Source: Bacteroidia bacterium | GTDB lineage: Bacteria; Bacteroidota; Bacteroidia; M30B66 | Assembly: GCA_965279035.1 (NCBI GenBank) | Contig: OZ257142.1 | Span: 1,760,001 to 1,824,000 of the forward strand | DNA: 64,000 nt | Direction of reading: 5' to 3' | In this document: one piece after another, positions 20,371-30,636 of the stretch | Layout of the letters: every line of letters begins with the position of its first letter | How positions within the stretch are numbered: the stretch's first letter is position 1 | Translations under genes and position numbers: made by a program | Notes under the pieces: generated by a model | Seen by the model: only the letters and a program-made list of their open reading frames with translations | Told to the model about the DNA's origin: nothing | Database searches by the model: none

Positions 20371-22041
20371 ATGAAAACAATTTTGCTTTTTGCGGGAATA
20401 TTAATCATTAATTCTGCTATTGCTCAAACACCTTCATTTCAATGGGCAAAAACATTTAGTGGTGATTATTATGAACTATGTAATGATGTTGCAGTAGATG
20501 ATTCTGGCAATGTTTACACCACAGGTTATTTTAATCATTCAGTTGATTTTGACCCCGGACCTGGAACTTTTAGTATGACTAATTATTTTGCCAATAATGC
20601 TTTTGTAAGTAAGTTAGACCCAAACGGAAATTTTGTTTGGGCTGTACAACTCGATGCAAGTAGCGGTGCGGAAGGAAATAAAATTTCCATCGATAATAAC
20701 GGAGACATAATAATAGCAGGCATTTTTCACTACACTGTAGATTTTGACCCGAGTTCAAATAATTTTGATTTAACATCAACCGGAGGTTCTGAAATTTTTA
20801 TTTGGAAATTATCACCCCAAGGAAATTTGATATATGCCAAGCAGTTTGCGGGTGGTGGCAACCAGTTTGTTCAATCATTTGAATTAGACGAATACGATAA
20901 TATGTATTTAGCAGGATTGATGGATGTAGATTCAGTTGATTTTGATCCTGATTCAGGTACACACTTCATACATGGTGTTACAGCAGCTTCTGGTTTTATT
21001 TGCAAGCTGAACCCGCAATGCCAGCTAAATTGGGTAAAACAATTAAATGGAACAGCTACATCGCTGCATATTTCAAATACACATGTCAACATAAATAACC
21101 AATTTGTGGTAACTGGTTATTTTAATCATTCTGTCGATTTTGATATGGGCTCAGGAAATTATACACTTACTGCAGCAGGTAGTTTTGGAGATGAAGACGT
21201 TTTCATTGCAAGCTATGATACTGCTGGAAATTTTAATTGGGTAAAAGAAATAGGTTACTGGTATAAAGACATGGCAACTGATATAACTTGCGATTATACC
21301 GGAAATATATATACATCCGGCACTTACAGCAGTACAGTTGATTTTGACCCGAGCAATGGCACATCTTCATTAGTTGGTCCCGGTAATTTTACAGTAAAGT
21401 TTGATTCATTGGGTAATTTTATTTGGGTGATACCTTATGGTGGAGGCCAACTAAAAATGGATGATATCGGTAATTTAATTATCTCCGGCATTTTTCAAAA
21501 CACCAGAGATTTTGACCCAGGGACTGGAGTATATAATTTACATTCTGCAGGCAATGACGATGATTTTATACTTAACATAAGTACCGACCATAATTTTAAT
21601 TGGGTAGTAAGCGTTGCAGGTTATGGTACTGATTTAATTCAAGGGGTTGAGGCAAAAAATAATGCAGTATTTGCTGTTGGTGCATACCAATACTCTGCTG
21701 ATTTTAATCCAGACACTGCTCAAACTTATTTTATACCCGTAGTAGGTGATTTTGATGCTTATATTGTAAAACTTGGAATTCCCAATATTATAACAGAAAC
21801 TATTAACATTCCTGTCGAAAATAGCTTCCAATTATTTCCCAATCCTGCAAGCAACATGTTATTTATTCAATCAACAGAAAATATAAAATCAATCAAATGC
21901 ATAAATTATTTAGGGCAAAATGTTGAAATGAAAATATCTTCTAATTCAATTGATATATCAGCACTTTCAAACGGTCTTTATTTTTTATTAATTACAAATG
22001 AAAAAGAAACAATAACACGCAAACTAGTTGTAAAGCAATGA
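20371..22041 (+). CDS. SBBP/beta-propeller repeat protein with T9SS type A sorting domain
   Basis: Repeated GNVYTTGYF..SVDFDP and GNFxW motifs; CTD LFPNPAS...RKLVV; start at 20359 or 20371. Confidence 0.88.
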   Translation: MKTILLFAGILIINSAIAQTPSFQWAKTFSGDYYELCNDVAVDDSGNVYTTGYFNHSVDFDPGPGTFSMTNYFANNAFVSKLDPNGNFVWAVQLDASSGAEGNKISIDNNGDIIIAGIFHYTVDFDPSSNNFDLTSTGGSEIFIWKLSPQGNLIYAKQFAGGGNQFVQSFELDEYDNMYLAGLMDVDSVDFDPDSGTHFIHGVTAASGFICKLNPQCQLNWVKQLNGTATSLHISNTHVNINNQFVVTGYFNHSVDFDMGSGNYTLTAAGSFGDEDVFIASYDTAGNFNWVKEIGYWYKDMATDITCDYTGNIYTSGTYSSTVDFDPSNGTSSLVGPGNFTVKFDSLGNFIWVIPYGGGQLKMDDIGNLIISGIFQNTRDFDPGTGVYNLHSAGNDDDFILNISTDHNFNWVVSVAGYGTDLIQGVEAKNNAVFAVGAYQYSADFNPDTAQTYFIPVVGDFDAYIVKLGIPNIITETINIPVENSFQLFPNPASNMLFIQSTENIKSIKCINYLGQNVEMKISSNSIDISALSNGLYFLLITNEKETITRKLVVKQ

Positions 22042-22258
22042 CAGATTAATTGGATGAGCATTTAGTAGATTGCACTTGAAAAGTTAAGCATTTCGGCTGT
22101 TTGAAGCATCCATTTCTATTGAAAAATTCTTTTTATTCTAAAACATTTTGTTTTCCAAATTTTATTCTTCTAGTATGTTTTTAATATAGGCATTAATTTT
22201 AGAATTGCTATCTTAAATCGGAAAATTAGTTTTGAGAATCATTCGACCTATTCAATTT

Positions 22259-22792
22259 ATGAATACAAAAACAATTTTTTCAGCATTGACAGGGGTTTTA
22301 TTTATATTAATCTGTTGTTCACTTAAAACTGAAAAAACCAAAACCTTCAAAGGGACTATTGACAATCATTTTAACTTAAGCACTACTAATGCAATAAAAC
22401 TTGAAGACAGACAAGAACTTGAAAAAGATATTGATACTTATTTAAGTAAAATAGACTTACTTAATTCTTATTATGAAAAAATTAATGAAGGAGACATTCA
22501 ATTAGCTAACAAAATCTTGCAAACTGACACCTTGTTGTCAAAACAAGACGACTATACTCTTGCTTATATGTTTACACTTACCAAATTAAAAGAGCTCGAT
22601 TTATTGTATAAACCGAGCTTTCAAGTCAACGACAATTCAGCCGAATCGAAATTAATTTTTTGCAACGAAAAACAAATAAAAGAGTTAACCGAAAACCGAG
22701 ATAGAATATTTGAGTTAAACTGTAAGTATATTGGTAATATAATTATTGACAAGACACAAGTTTATCAACTCGAAAAATATAAAAAGAACTAA
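22259..22792 (+). CDS. Hypothetical exported protein (possible lipoprotein)
   Basis: N-terminal hydrophobic segment ending ICCS; no family recognised. Confidence 0.55.
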   Translation: MNTKTIFSALTGVLFILICCSLKTEKTKTFKGTIDNHFNLSTTNAIKLEDRQELEKDIDTYLSKIDLLNSYYEKINEGDIQLANKILQTDTLLSKQDDYTLAYMFTLTKLKELDLLYKPSFQVNDNSAESKLIFCNEKQIKELTENRDRIFELNCKYIGNIIIDKTQVYQLEKYKKN

Positions 22793-23033
22793 TCAAATTG
22801 CAAACAATAAATACATAGCATTTAATTAGTTAGAGTGCTTCGTTTATTTAGTAAATTAGTCTAACGAAAGCATTGATTATCCCCAATTCGGCTCGTTAAG
22901 TGCATGCTCAACCTTAGCGGTTATACAATACAACTGTTTCATAAATAAATTTGTAAATCGTCAGCATAAAGTGGACTAAATATAGTCAAAACTAAGAGAG
23001 TGTTTCTAAGTTATATTTTTAATTTTAACAACC

Positions 23034-23387
23034 ATGGAAACAAAGAAAAAACAAACGACCGAGAATTACATTAAAGAAATCCGCAGAAAGACAAGAAGAA
23101 TTTTCAGTTCAGAACAGAAGATCCAGATAGTTATGGAGGCATTGCGTGCTGAATTGTCAGTAGCAGAATTGTGTAGGAAGTATTCTATACAGGAGAGTCA
23201 ATTTTATAAATGGAATAAGGAGTTTTTGGAAGCAGGTAAGAAGCGTCTCTCCGGTGATGTAACCCGCGAAGCTACGAGTGATGAAGTGTCAGAGCTTCGC
23301 AAAGAAAATCAGCGCTTAAAGGAAATGGTCGCTGATTTGGTTTTGCGCTATGACATTGTAAAAAAAAGCTTGTCCATGCTGGATTAA
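23034..23387 (+). CDS. IS3-family OrfA (HTH + coiled coil)
   Basis: RRIFSSEQKIQIV...SVAELCRKY...FYKW; coiled-coil tail. Confidence 0.92.
   Translation: METKKKQTTENYIKEIRRKTRRIFSSEQKIQIVMEALRAELSVAELCRKYSIQESQFYKWNKEFLEAGKKRLSGDVTREATSDEVSELRKENQRLKEMVADLVLRYDIVKKSLSMLD
23360..23368 (+). other. Programmed -1 ribosomal frameshift site (A8G) fusing OrfA and OrfB; same site in copy 2 at 27254-27262
   Basis: A AAA AAA in OrfA frame; the -1 frame is open from here to the OrfB ATG. Confidence 0.75.
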
Positions 23388-23407
23388 CTGTAAAACTGAA
23401 AAAATAT

Positions 23408-24424
23408 ATGCGTTTTACAGCATCCGAAAAGCAGGAACTCATCGATCTCGTTGTTCAATCTGAAATTGGTGTCAATCGCACCTTACGTGAAATAGGGCTT
23501 AATAAGAGCACATTTTACAAATGGTATAAATCATATGCTGACAACGGCGTTGATGGCTTAAATCCAAGCAAGCGGGTTTTAAAAAGGCAATGGAATAGTA
23601 TTCCACAACAGCAAAAGAATCTTGTAGTAGATCTTGCTTTGAATTATCCTGAATTATCATCTCGTGAACTTGCTTTTAAGCTAACTGATGAGCAACAGAT
23701 TTTCATTTCAGAATCGAGCGTTTATCGCATTTTGAAATCGAGAGGCTTAATCAATTCACCAGCCCATATTTTCATTTCAGCAGCCGATGAATTTTCTAAG
23801 AAAACAGGATTTGTTCATCAAATGTGGCAAACAGACTTTACTTACTTTAAAATCATTGGTTGGGGCTGGTATTATTTAAGTACCATCTTAGATGATTACA
23901 GCCGATATATTGTGCATTGGGAACTCTGTTCTGGGATGAAAGTTGAAGATGTAAAAAGAACCGTTGATAGAGCCATTAAAAAGGCCAAATTACTGTCAAA
24001 GCCTCGTCCCAAACTATTATCGGATAATGGTTCATGTTATATTGCTGCGGAACTCAGTGCTTACCTTAAGCAAAACCATGAGATAGATCAAATACACGGT
24101 AGGCCTTTTCATCCTCAAACACAAGGTAAAATAGAACGTTATCATCGTACAATGAAAAACGTGGTTAAGCTAAATCACTATTATTGTCCGGAAGAACTTG
24201 AAGATGCCCTGGGAAAATTTGTTGATAATTACAATAACCAACGTTATCATGAATCATTGCAAAACCTAACTCCTGCTGATATATACTATGGAAGAGGTGA
24301 TCAAATCCTTAAAGAAAGAAAACGCTTAAAACACGAAGCATTAAACTCAAGAAGAATGGAATATGAGATGATAAAATCTAAACTCAAATCACAAAATCAA
24401 AATTTAAATCTAATTTTGATTTGA
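23408..24424 (+). CDS. IS3-family OrfB (rve DDE core)
   Basis: WQTDFTY, LDDYSR, SDNGSCY, HPQTQGKIERYHRT, YNNQRYHESL. Confidence 0.95.
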   Translation: MRFTASEKQELIDLVVQSEIGVNRTLREIGLNKSTFYKWYKSYADNGVDGLNPSKRVLKRQWNSIPQQQKNLVVDLALNYPELSSRELAFKLTDEQQIFISESSVYRILKSRGLINSPAHIFISAADEFSKKTGFVHQMWQTDFTYFKIIGWGWYYLSTILDDYSRYIVHWELCSGMKVEDVKRTVDRAIKKAKLLSKPRPKLLSDNGSCYIAAELSAYLKQNHEIDQIHGRPFHPQTQGKIERYHRTMKNVVKLNHYYCPEELEDALGKFVDNYNNQRYHESLQNLTPADIYYGRGDQILKERKRLKHEALNSRRMEYEMIKSKLKSQNQNLNLILI

Positions 24425-24591
24425 TAATGAAATAATCTCTAAGTAAAAGTCCACTTTTGTTTGAAGACATACACCATTAATTCATTTGAATTTTATCAGT
24501 TAATTCAACGCCGAAAGCTTTTCTTTGATGAATGTTTTTGTTGCTTTAATTTTTATATTTTCGTTTAAATTTATCATTCAATTATATCGAA

Positions 24592-26610
24592 ATGTTGAAA
24601 AATCTATTCCTTACTACATTCTTAAGCTGTATTGCTATTGTTTTAAATGCTCAATATTGCGTTCCTACATACACCAATCAAAATGGAGATGATTTCATTA
24701 ATGGGTTTGAATTAAACAACGTCACTAATAACAATACCGGTAACAGCGGTGGTGACGGGTATATAGATTACAGCCAATCTTTGCCTGCTATTCAGTTAGT
24801 AATGGGCACTCAATATGATTTATTCTACCAAGGGGGGATATATAATTCTGATAAGTATAGAGTATGGATTGATTTCAATCATGACAATGATTTTAATGAT
24901 GCGAATGAAGCAATTGCTAACGGAACCACTTCGTTATTGTATCAATCTATTATGTTGCAATTCACGATGCCTACAGGAATTCAATCGGGGCTTACCAAAT
25001 TGAGAATTCGTTGTGCATATTCACTCACTAATTTAATTGATCCCTGTACCAATTACACCTGGGGAGAAACGGAAGACTATGCAGTTAATATTTCTCCACC
25101 ATCAGGTATTTATTGCATACCCGAAGATCTTGGTATGAATGGAATGTCTGGCTCATTAGTTACTTCATTTACTTTAGATAATATTTATTCTGATTTTTAT
25201 TTTCCAGCTCCTCCCTATTATCATAATTACACTTCTTCCATTTCAACTACCGCGAGTTTAGGTCAAGAAATCTTTGGAAATTTTGTTTTTGGTACTGTTA
25301 CGTTTGCGACCTGTATGGTATGGATTGATTGGAATCAAGATGCCTTGTTTAGTACATCCGAGATGGTGGTATCGTTCACAAATACTACAGCCAACCAAAT
25401 GTTTGTTTATAATGTTATTGTGCCAAATAATGCACTTACAGGAAGCACGCGTGTACGAATACGGATTCAAGCCGATGGTCTAGGAATGGATCCCTGTTAC
25501 TCACCTGGTAAAGGTTTCGCCGAAGATTATACGATTAACATAACTGGTGCTTCAGGTTCTGCTCCTGTTGCATCATTTTCTGCTTCTCCATTGACTATTA
25601 CAACAGGAGGCTCGGTCAATTTTACAGATCTTAGTACGGGTAGTCCTACCTCATGGGCATGGACTTTTACGGGAAGTTCAACTAGTTCGTCCTCCTTGCA
25701 AAATCCAACCAATATTATTTATAATACACCGGGATGTTATACAGTTAGCCTTGTAAGCTCGAATAATAACGGCTCCGATACAGAAACACAGCTATGTTAC
25801 ATCAATGTGATAGATCAACCAATAGGCTGCAACGAATTGTTTTTCTCTGAATATATTGAAGGATCAGGCAATGATAAAGCACTAGAAATATACAATCCGA
25901 ATACGGTTGATGTTGATCTCACCGGATATTCTATTAAATTATATGCTAATGGTGCGGCAACACCTAATAACTCACTTGATTTGGTTGGCATTTTAGGCGC
26001 TCAAAGCACAACAGTAATTGCTTCTCCTAATGCATCAGCATCTATTTTGGGAGTAGCAGATCAAACAAGTTCGGTATGCAGTTTTAATGGTGATGATGCA
26101 GTCGTATTGACTAAAAATGACTTGCCTATTGACGTCATAGGACAAGTTGGTACAGACCCGGGTACTTATTGGCCTGTTGGGACGGGCTCAACGCTTGATC
26201 ATACCCTTGTTCGGAATGCTACTGTAAATGGTCCATCTTCCGACTGGAATACAGCACAAAATCAGTGGACATCCTATGCTTTAGGAACCTTGACCTATTT
26301 AGGAAATCACGATTCGAATTGCGAAACCATTCCATTGGATGTATACAGTTTGAAAAATGAAATCCCTCAACCTTTGTTTTGGAATAGTGCTCAAAGTACT
26401 TTGTTATACTGGAAAAATATCCCATCGGAATTATTAAATAACACTGCTTTTATATATGATTTAAAAGGAGCAATGGTTTATCAATTTAACGTGAATTCTG
26501 AATCGTTTTCAATTGACTTACCTGAACTTCCTGTTGGTGTTTATCTTTTGAGAATAGCCTCTGGATCTTCATCTGTAACGCAGAAATTGTTTGTGAATAG
26601 TCAGAAATAA
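24592..26610 (+). CDS. Secreted protein: 2x GEVED, PKD, lamin-tail domain, atypical T9SS CTD
   Basis: VWIDFN...RIR...GETEDY and GFAEDY; APVASF...FTDLS..PTSWAW; LFFSEYIEG..NDKALEIYN; CTD lacks YPNP but has LPVGVYLLRI...QKLFV. Confidence 0.88.
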   Translation: MLKNLFLTTFLSCIAIVLNAQYCVPTYTNQNGDDFINGFELNNVTNNNTGNSGGDGYIDYSQSLPAIQLVMGTQYDLFYQGGIYNSDKYRVWIDFNHDNDFNDANEAIANGTTSLLYQSIMLQFTMPTGIQSGLTKLRIRCAYSLTNLIDPCTNYTWGETEDYAVNISPPSGIYCIPEDLGMNGMSGSLVTSFTLDNIYSDFYFPAPPYYHNYTSSISTTASLGQEIFGNFVFGTVTFATCMVWIDWNQDALFSTSEMVVSFTNTTANQMFVYNVIVPNNALTGSTRVRIRIQADGLGMDPCYSPGKGFAEDYTINITGASGSAPVASFSASPLTITTGGSVNFTDLSTGSPTSWAWTFTGSSTSSSSLQNPTNIIYNTPGCYTVSLVSSNNNGSDTETQLCYINVIDQPIGCNELFFSEYIEGSGNDKALEIYNPNTVDVDLTGYSIKLYANGAATPNNSLDLVGILGAQSTTVIASPNASASILGVADQTSSVCSFNGDDAVVLTKNDLPIDVIGQVGTDPGTYWPVGTGSTLDHTLVRNATVNGPSSDWNTAQNQWTSYALGTLTYLGNHDSNCETIPLDVYSLKNEIPQPLFWNSAQSTLLYWKNIPSELLNNTAFIYDLKGAMVYQFNVNSESFSIDLPELPVGVYLLRIASGSSSVTQKLFVNSQK

Positions 26611-26691
26611 TAATGGGTTTTAATGTAGGTAATTGAGATAATTCTGCATTTATGAAGGCTATATTTGCGAAATATTTTTAAATTAATTCCA

Positions 26692-26845
26692 TACCCGTTG
26701 TACGGTTAAAAATTAGAATTATCCTTCAACAAAATTTATCGCTCACCCCAATAATCAATACTTATGTAATGCTTTTTAATTAAATTATTTAAATTAAAAT
26801 TAGATTTAGTACGGATCTTGCGATGGCTATGTCAGGGCGGCGAGG
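26692..26845 (-). repeat. Truncated copy of the modular intergenic repeat, cut by IS3 copy 2
   Basis: Aligns with reverse complement of about 15630-15784 (tacccgttgt.cggttaaaaatt ... gcgatggct.tgtc.gggcggcgagg) and stops at the IS left end. Confidence 0.8.
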
Positions 26846-26927
26846 TGTAAATCGTCAGCATAAAGTGGACTAAATATAGTCAAAACTAAGAGAGTGTTTC
26901 TAAGTTATATTTTTAATTTTAACAACC

Positions 26928-27281
26928 ATGGAAACAAAGAAAAAACAAACGACCGAGAATTACATTAAAGAAATCCGCAGAAAGACAAGAAGAATTTTCA
27001 GTTCAGAACAGAAGATCCAGATAGTTATGGAGGCATTGCGTGCTGAATTGTCAGTAGCAGAATTGTGTAGGAAGTATTCTATACAGGAGAGTCAATTTTA
27101 TAAATGGAATAAGGAGTTTTTGGAAGCAGGTAAGAAGCGTCTCTCCGGTGATGTAACCCGCGAAGCTACGAGTGATGAAGTGTCAGAGCTTCGCAAAGAA
27201 AATCAGCGCTTAAAGGAAATGGTCGCTGATTTGGTTTTGCGCTATGACATTGTAAAAAAAAGCTTGTCCATGCTGGATTAA
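26928..27281 (+). CDS. IS3-family OrfA
   Basis: Protein identical to 23034-23387. Confidence 0.92.
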   Translation: METKKKQTTENYIKEIRRKTRRIFSSEQKIQIVMEALRAELSVAELCRKYSIQESQFYKWNKEFLEAGKKRLSGDVTREATSDEVSELRKENQRLKEMVADLVLRYDIVKKSLSMLD

Positions 27282-27301
27282 CTGTAAAACTGAAAAAATA
27301 T

Positions 27302-28318
27302 ATGCGTTTTACAGCATCCGAAAAGCAGGAACTCATCGATCTCGTTGTTCAATCTGAAATTGGTGTCAATCGCACCTTACGTGAAATAGGGCTTAATAAG
27401 AGCACATTTTACAAATGGTATAAATCATATGCTGACAACGGCGTTGATGGCTTAAATCCAAGCAAGCGGGTTTTAAAAAGGCAATGGAATAGTATTCCAC
27501 AACAGCAAAAGAATCTTGTAGTAGATCTTGCTTTGAATTATCCTGAATTATCATCTCGTGAACTTGCTTTTAAGCTAACTGATGAGCAACAGATTTTCAT
27601 TTCAGAATCGAGCGTTTATCGCATTTTGAAATCGAGAGGCTTAATCAATTCACCAGCCCATATTTTCATTTCAGCAGCCGATGAATTTTCTAAGAAAACA
27701 GGATTTGTTCATCAAATGTGGCAAACAGACTTTACTTACTTTAAAATCATTGGTTGGGGCTGGTATTATTTAAGTACCATCTTAGATGATTACAGCCGAT
27801 ATATTGTGCATTGGGAACTCTGTTCTGGGATGAAAGTTGAAGATGTAAAAAGAACCGTTGATAGAGCCATTAAAAAGGCCAAATTACTGTCAAAGCCTCG
27901 TCCCAAACTATTATCGGATAATGGTTCATGTTATATTGCTGCGGAACTCAGTGCTTACCTTAAGCAAAACCATGAGATAGATCAAATACACGGTAGGCCT
28001 TTTCATCCTCAAACACAAGGTAAAATAGAACGTTATCATCGTACAATGAAAAACGTGGTTAAGCTAAATCACTATTATTGTCCGGAAGAACTTGAAGATG
28101 CCCTGGGAAAATTTGTTGATAATTACAATAACCAACGTTATCATGAATCATTGCAAAACCTAACTCCTGCTGATATATACTATGGAAGAGGTGATCAAAT
28201 CCTTAAAGAAAGAAAACGCTTAAAACACGAAGCATTAAACTCAAGAAGAATGGAATATGAGATGATAAAATCTAAACTCAAATCACAAAATCAAAATTTA
28301 AATCTAATTTTGATTTGA
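27302..28318 (+). CDS. IS3-family OrfB
   Basis: Protein identical to 23408-24424. Confidence 0.95.
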   Translation: MRFTASEKQELIDLVVQSEIGVNRTLREIGLNKSTFYKWYKSYADNGVDGLNPSKRVLKRQWNSIPQQQKNLVVDLALNYPELSSRELAFKLTDEQQIFISESSVYRILKSRGLINSPAHIFISAADEFSKKTGFVHQMWQTDFTYFKIIGWGWYYLSTILDDYSRYIVHWELCSGMKVEDVKRTVDRAIKKAKLLSKPRPKLLSDNGSCYIAAELSAYLKQNHEIDQIHGRPFHPQTQGKIERYHRTMKNVVKLNHYYCPEELEDALGKFVDNYNNQRYHESLQNLTPADIYYGRGDQILKERKRLKHEALNSRRMEYEMIKSKLKSQNQNLNLILI

Positions 28319-28367
28319 TAATGAAATACTCTCTAAGTAAAAGTCCACTTTTGTTTGAAGACATACA

Positions 28368-29004
28368 AATCTTGATTTTCAGTGGCTTTCAATTTGTTGT
28401 CTATTTGTGCAACAAAACCAAATTTTGGCTCTATCTGAGAGTGTTTTTCAATCCACTTATTTATTCTCTCTATAAGTCGGTCGCTGAATAGATCTGGGTA
28501 TTGTTTTATGCATATATCTATAAGTTCAATGAATTCTTCCGAATTATTTTTGTAATTTTTTCTAAGCTGGAAATCTAGGAAATTAGATGTATTTATTAGA
28601 GCGAGATCATACTGTCTGAGTTTGAGTGAAAGCCAGAAAAGGTATTCTGGGTGTTTTCTATAAATTGTAATGTCGTTGTTGAATGGATAGTATCTTTCTA
28701 GAGCAAAGAAAAAGTCTAACGCGAATCGCTCTTTAATATCATTTAAACTGGCTGAGTATCTTTGTAGCTTATTGATGTGGCTTATTGATAAAGGGGCGAT
28801 TTCAGAGCCGTGATTATCATTCTCAAAAATAACCCTTTCAATCTTATTAAGAAGTTGATCGGCAAAGTCCCAATCATATGCAATAATTTCAAATGCTTGA
28901 GATCTTTCAAATTCCCAAATATCATAAATCTTGATATTGTACTCTTCAGGATAATCTTTTCCAGTCTCAACTAAAGGGAGAAGTTTTCTATGGCTAATCA
29001 TCAT
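28368..29004 (-). pseudogene. Hypothetical gene truncated at its 3' end by IS3 copy 2; probable island cargo
   Basis: ORF runs into the IS right end, which supplies its last residues (YVFKQKWTFT) and stop; lies downstream of tRNA-Arg. Confidence 0.7.
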
Positions 29005-29234
29005 TTATCCTAATAGATTGGAGCAGAAGTCAAAATTCCTTCTGGCGATCTAAAAATAGGACAAATGTGCTTTAGTCGATCAAAGGAAATTGAACCCCAA
29101 ATCTCAATGTTCCAAAGTAGATTTTGAGCCTTTGGGCTCCAATCGAGTTTTCTTCAAGCAATAGGTCAAAAACCTCTGAAAGGCTTGATTTTTCTCGATT
29201 TTCTAAAATTTCGTATGCAAATTTTATGCAAATG

Positions 29235-29271
29235 AAAAAAGCGACTACAAAGTTGACCTTCGTAATCGCTT
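29235..29271 (-). terminator. Terminator after tRNA-Arg
   Basis: Minus strand agcgattacgaag / ctttgtagtcgct followed by T tract. Confidence 0.7.
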
Positions 29272-29282
29272 GATATTCAGTG

Positions 29283-29356
29283 TGGTCCTGCAGGGAGTCG
29301 AACCCCGAACCTCCTGATCCGTAGTCAGGTGCTCTATCCAATTAAGCTACAGAACC
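29283..29356 (-). tRNA. tRNA-Arg(ACG), CCA not encoded
   Basis: GGTTCTG/CAGGACC acceptor stem, CCTGA-CTACGGA-TCAGG anticodon arm, GGTTCGACTCC T arm; TATATTTG promoter element at 29370-29377. Confidence 0.97.
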
Positions 29357-29448
29357 GATAATGAGGGCGCAAATATACGGTCTTTCGTAATGTTTGCAAG
29401 TAAAATTTGAAAATAATTAAAGGCTTGAGATTCAGGGTGAAAAAGCCC

Positions 29449-29730
29449 TTACATGATTTCTACCGATAAACCTCGGTCGAGTAGGGCGACTGCGCGGGGT
29501 TGTAAATCTTCCCAAGTACCGGTCTTAACGGAACATTTACCCGCATAGTGAACGATGTATGCACATTGCTCGGCTTGAATGGTTTCGTGGTTGCAGACTT
29601 CTACCAGCCAGCGAATCACATCGTCGAAGGAGTTCACTTCATCGTTAAAAAGCACTAACTGACGTTGGTCTACTTCTAAAAGTAAAGTGTCGAACTCTTC
29701 ATTCTCATCGTACTGTGTAGCGTTGAGCAT
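29449..29730 (-). CDS. clpS: ATP-dependent Clp protease adaptor ClpS
   Basis: LVLFNDEVNSFDDVI...QAEQCAYIVHYAGKC. Confidence 0.92.
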   Translation of the reverse strand: MLNATQYDENEEFDTLLLEVDQRQLVLFNDEVNSFDDVIRWLVEVCNHETIQAEQCAYIVHYAGKCSVKTGTWEDLQPRAVALLDRGLSVEIM

Positions 29731-29782
29731 AGCTTTTCTGTTTTGAACAGCAAAAATAAAGGAAAAAAAGCGAAAAAAAGAA

Positions 29783-30421
29783 CTACTGAATTCGCTTTCT
29801 CTGATTCAAATAAGTTCGGCTCTCGTTGCCCTCCAGTAAGCGGCGAATGTTTTTGGTATGAGTGATAATGACCAAAAGTGGTATCATCACCGCGAAAATG
29901 ATGGTGGCATCGTGATGAACGCGGTCGATAACCAAGAGAAAAATCCCGTAAAACAAAGAAGCGAGTATAGATCCTAAAGAAACATACTTGGTTAGTACAA
30001 GCACCAATAAGAACAATCCAATACAGCACAATGCCGCAATAGGCTGCATCCCAATAGCAACTCCAAGCAAGGTAGCGACTCCTTTACCACCACGAAATCC
30101 TGCGAAGATTGGAAACACATGTCCAACCACTGCTGCCGAACCACATAATACTCGGAAGTTTTCAAACAAAACCGGCGAATCACCAGCACTTAAAAACCAA
30201 ACGGGCAACATCACCGCAATCCAACCTTTGAATGCATCAATCAATAAAACTGGAATACCAGCTCGTTTCCCTAACACCCGAAAGGTATTGGTAGCACCGG
30301 CATTTCCACTGCCATGTTCCCGCACATCTAAGCCATAAAACCACTGCCCAATCCATACCGCCGAAGGGATCGACCCCAACAGATAAGAAATAAGCAATAA
30401 AAGGGTTCCGATTAGAATCAT
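29783..30421 (-). CDS. plsY: Glycerol-3-phosphate acyltransferase PlsY
   Basis: YLLGSIP, GSGNAGATN, DAFKG, GHVFP...FRGGKGVAT, HTKNIRRL; TATATTTG at 30427-30434. Confidence 0.97.
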   Translation of the reverse strand: MILIGTLLLLISYLLGSIPSAVWIGQWFYGLDVREHGSGNAGATNTFRVLGKRAGIPVLLIDAFKGWIAVMLPVWFLSAGDSPVLFENFRVLCGSAAVVGHVFPIFAGFRGGKGVATLLGVAIGMQPIAALCCIGLFLLVLVLTKYVSLGSILASLFYGIFLLVIDRVHHDATIIFAVMIPLLVIITHTKNIRRLLEGNESRTYLNQRKRIQ

Positions 30422-30636
30422 GAATGCAAATATAACAATGTTAAAGAAATGTTATGTTAAGGTTATTTCAGGTTACCAACAGTTCATTTTTAAAATATTC
30501 AAACTGCTTGTGTTTTCAATGGTATAAACAATCATTACGTTTTTAAAACAATGTATATCTTCAATCCATCATTTGGTTAACTAACTATGATAAATTCTTC
30601 ATTCACGTATGGCTGTATGAGCATCTTGACTATTAA

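Larger units (their letters stand above)
22952..24473 (+). mobile_element. IS3-family element, copy 1 (1522 bp)
   Basis: TG...CA ends; imperfect IRs TGTAAATCGTCAGCATAAAGTGGAC / TGTATGTCTTCAAACAAAAGTGGAC; no target duplication. Confidence 0.92.
26846..28367 (+). mobile_element. IS3-family element, copy 2 (1522 bp)
   Basis: Near-identical to 22952-24473 (one difference seen near the right end); no target duplication. Confidence 0.92.

Noticed and set aside
22947-28373. Bona fide composite transposon
   Set aside because: Outer flanks show no direct target duplication
29072-29341. 89-aa ORF MDRAPDYGSGG...
   Set aside because: Translation of the tRNA-Arg gene and its terminator
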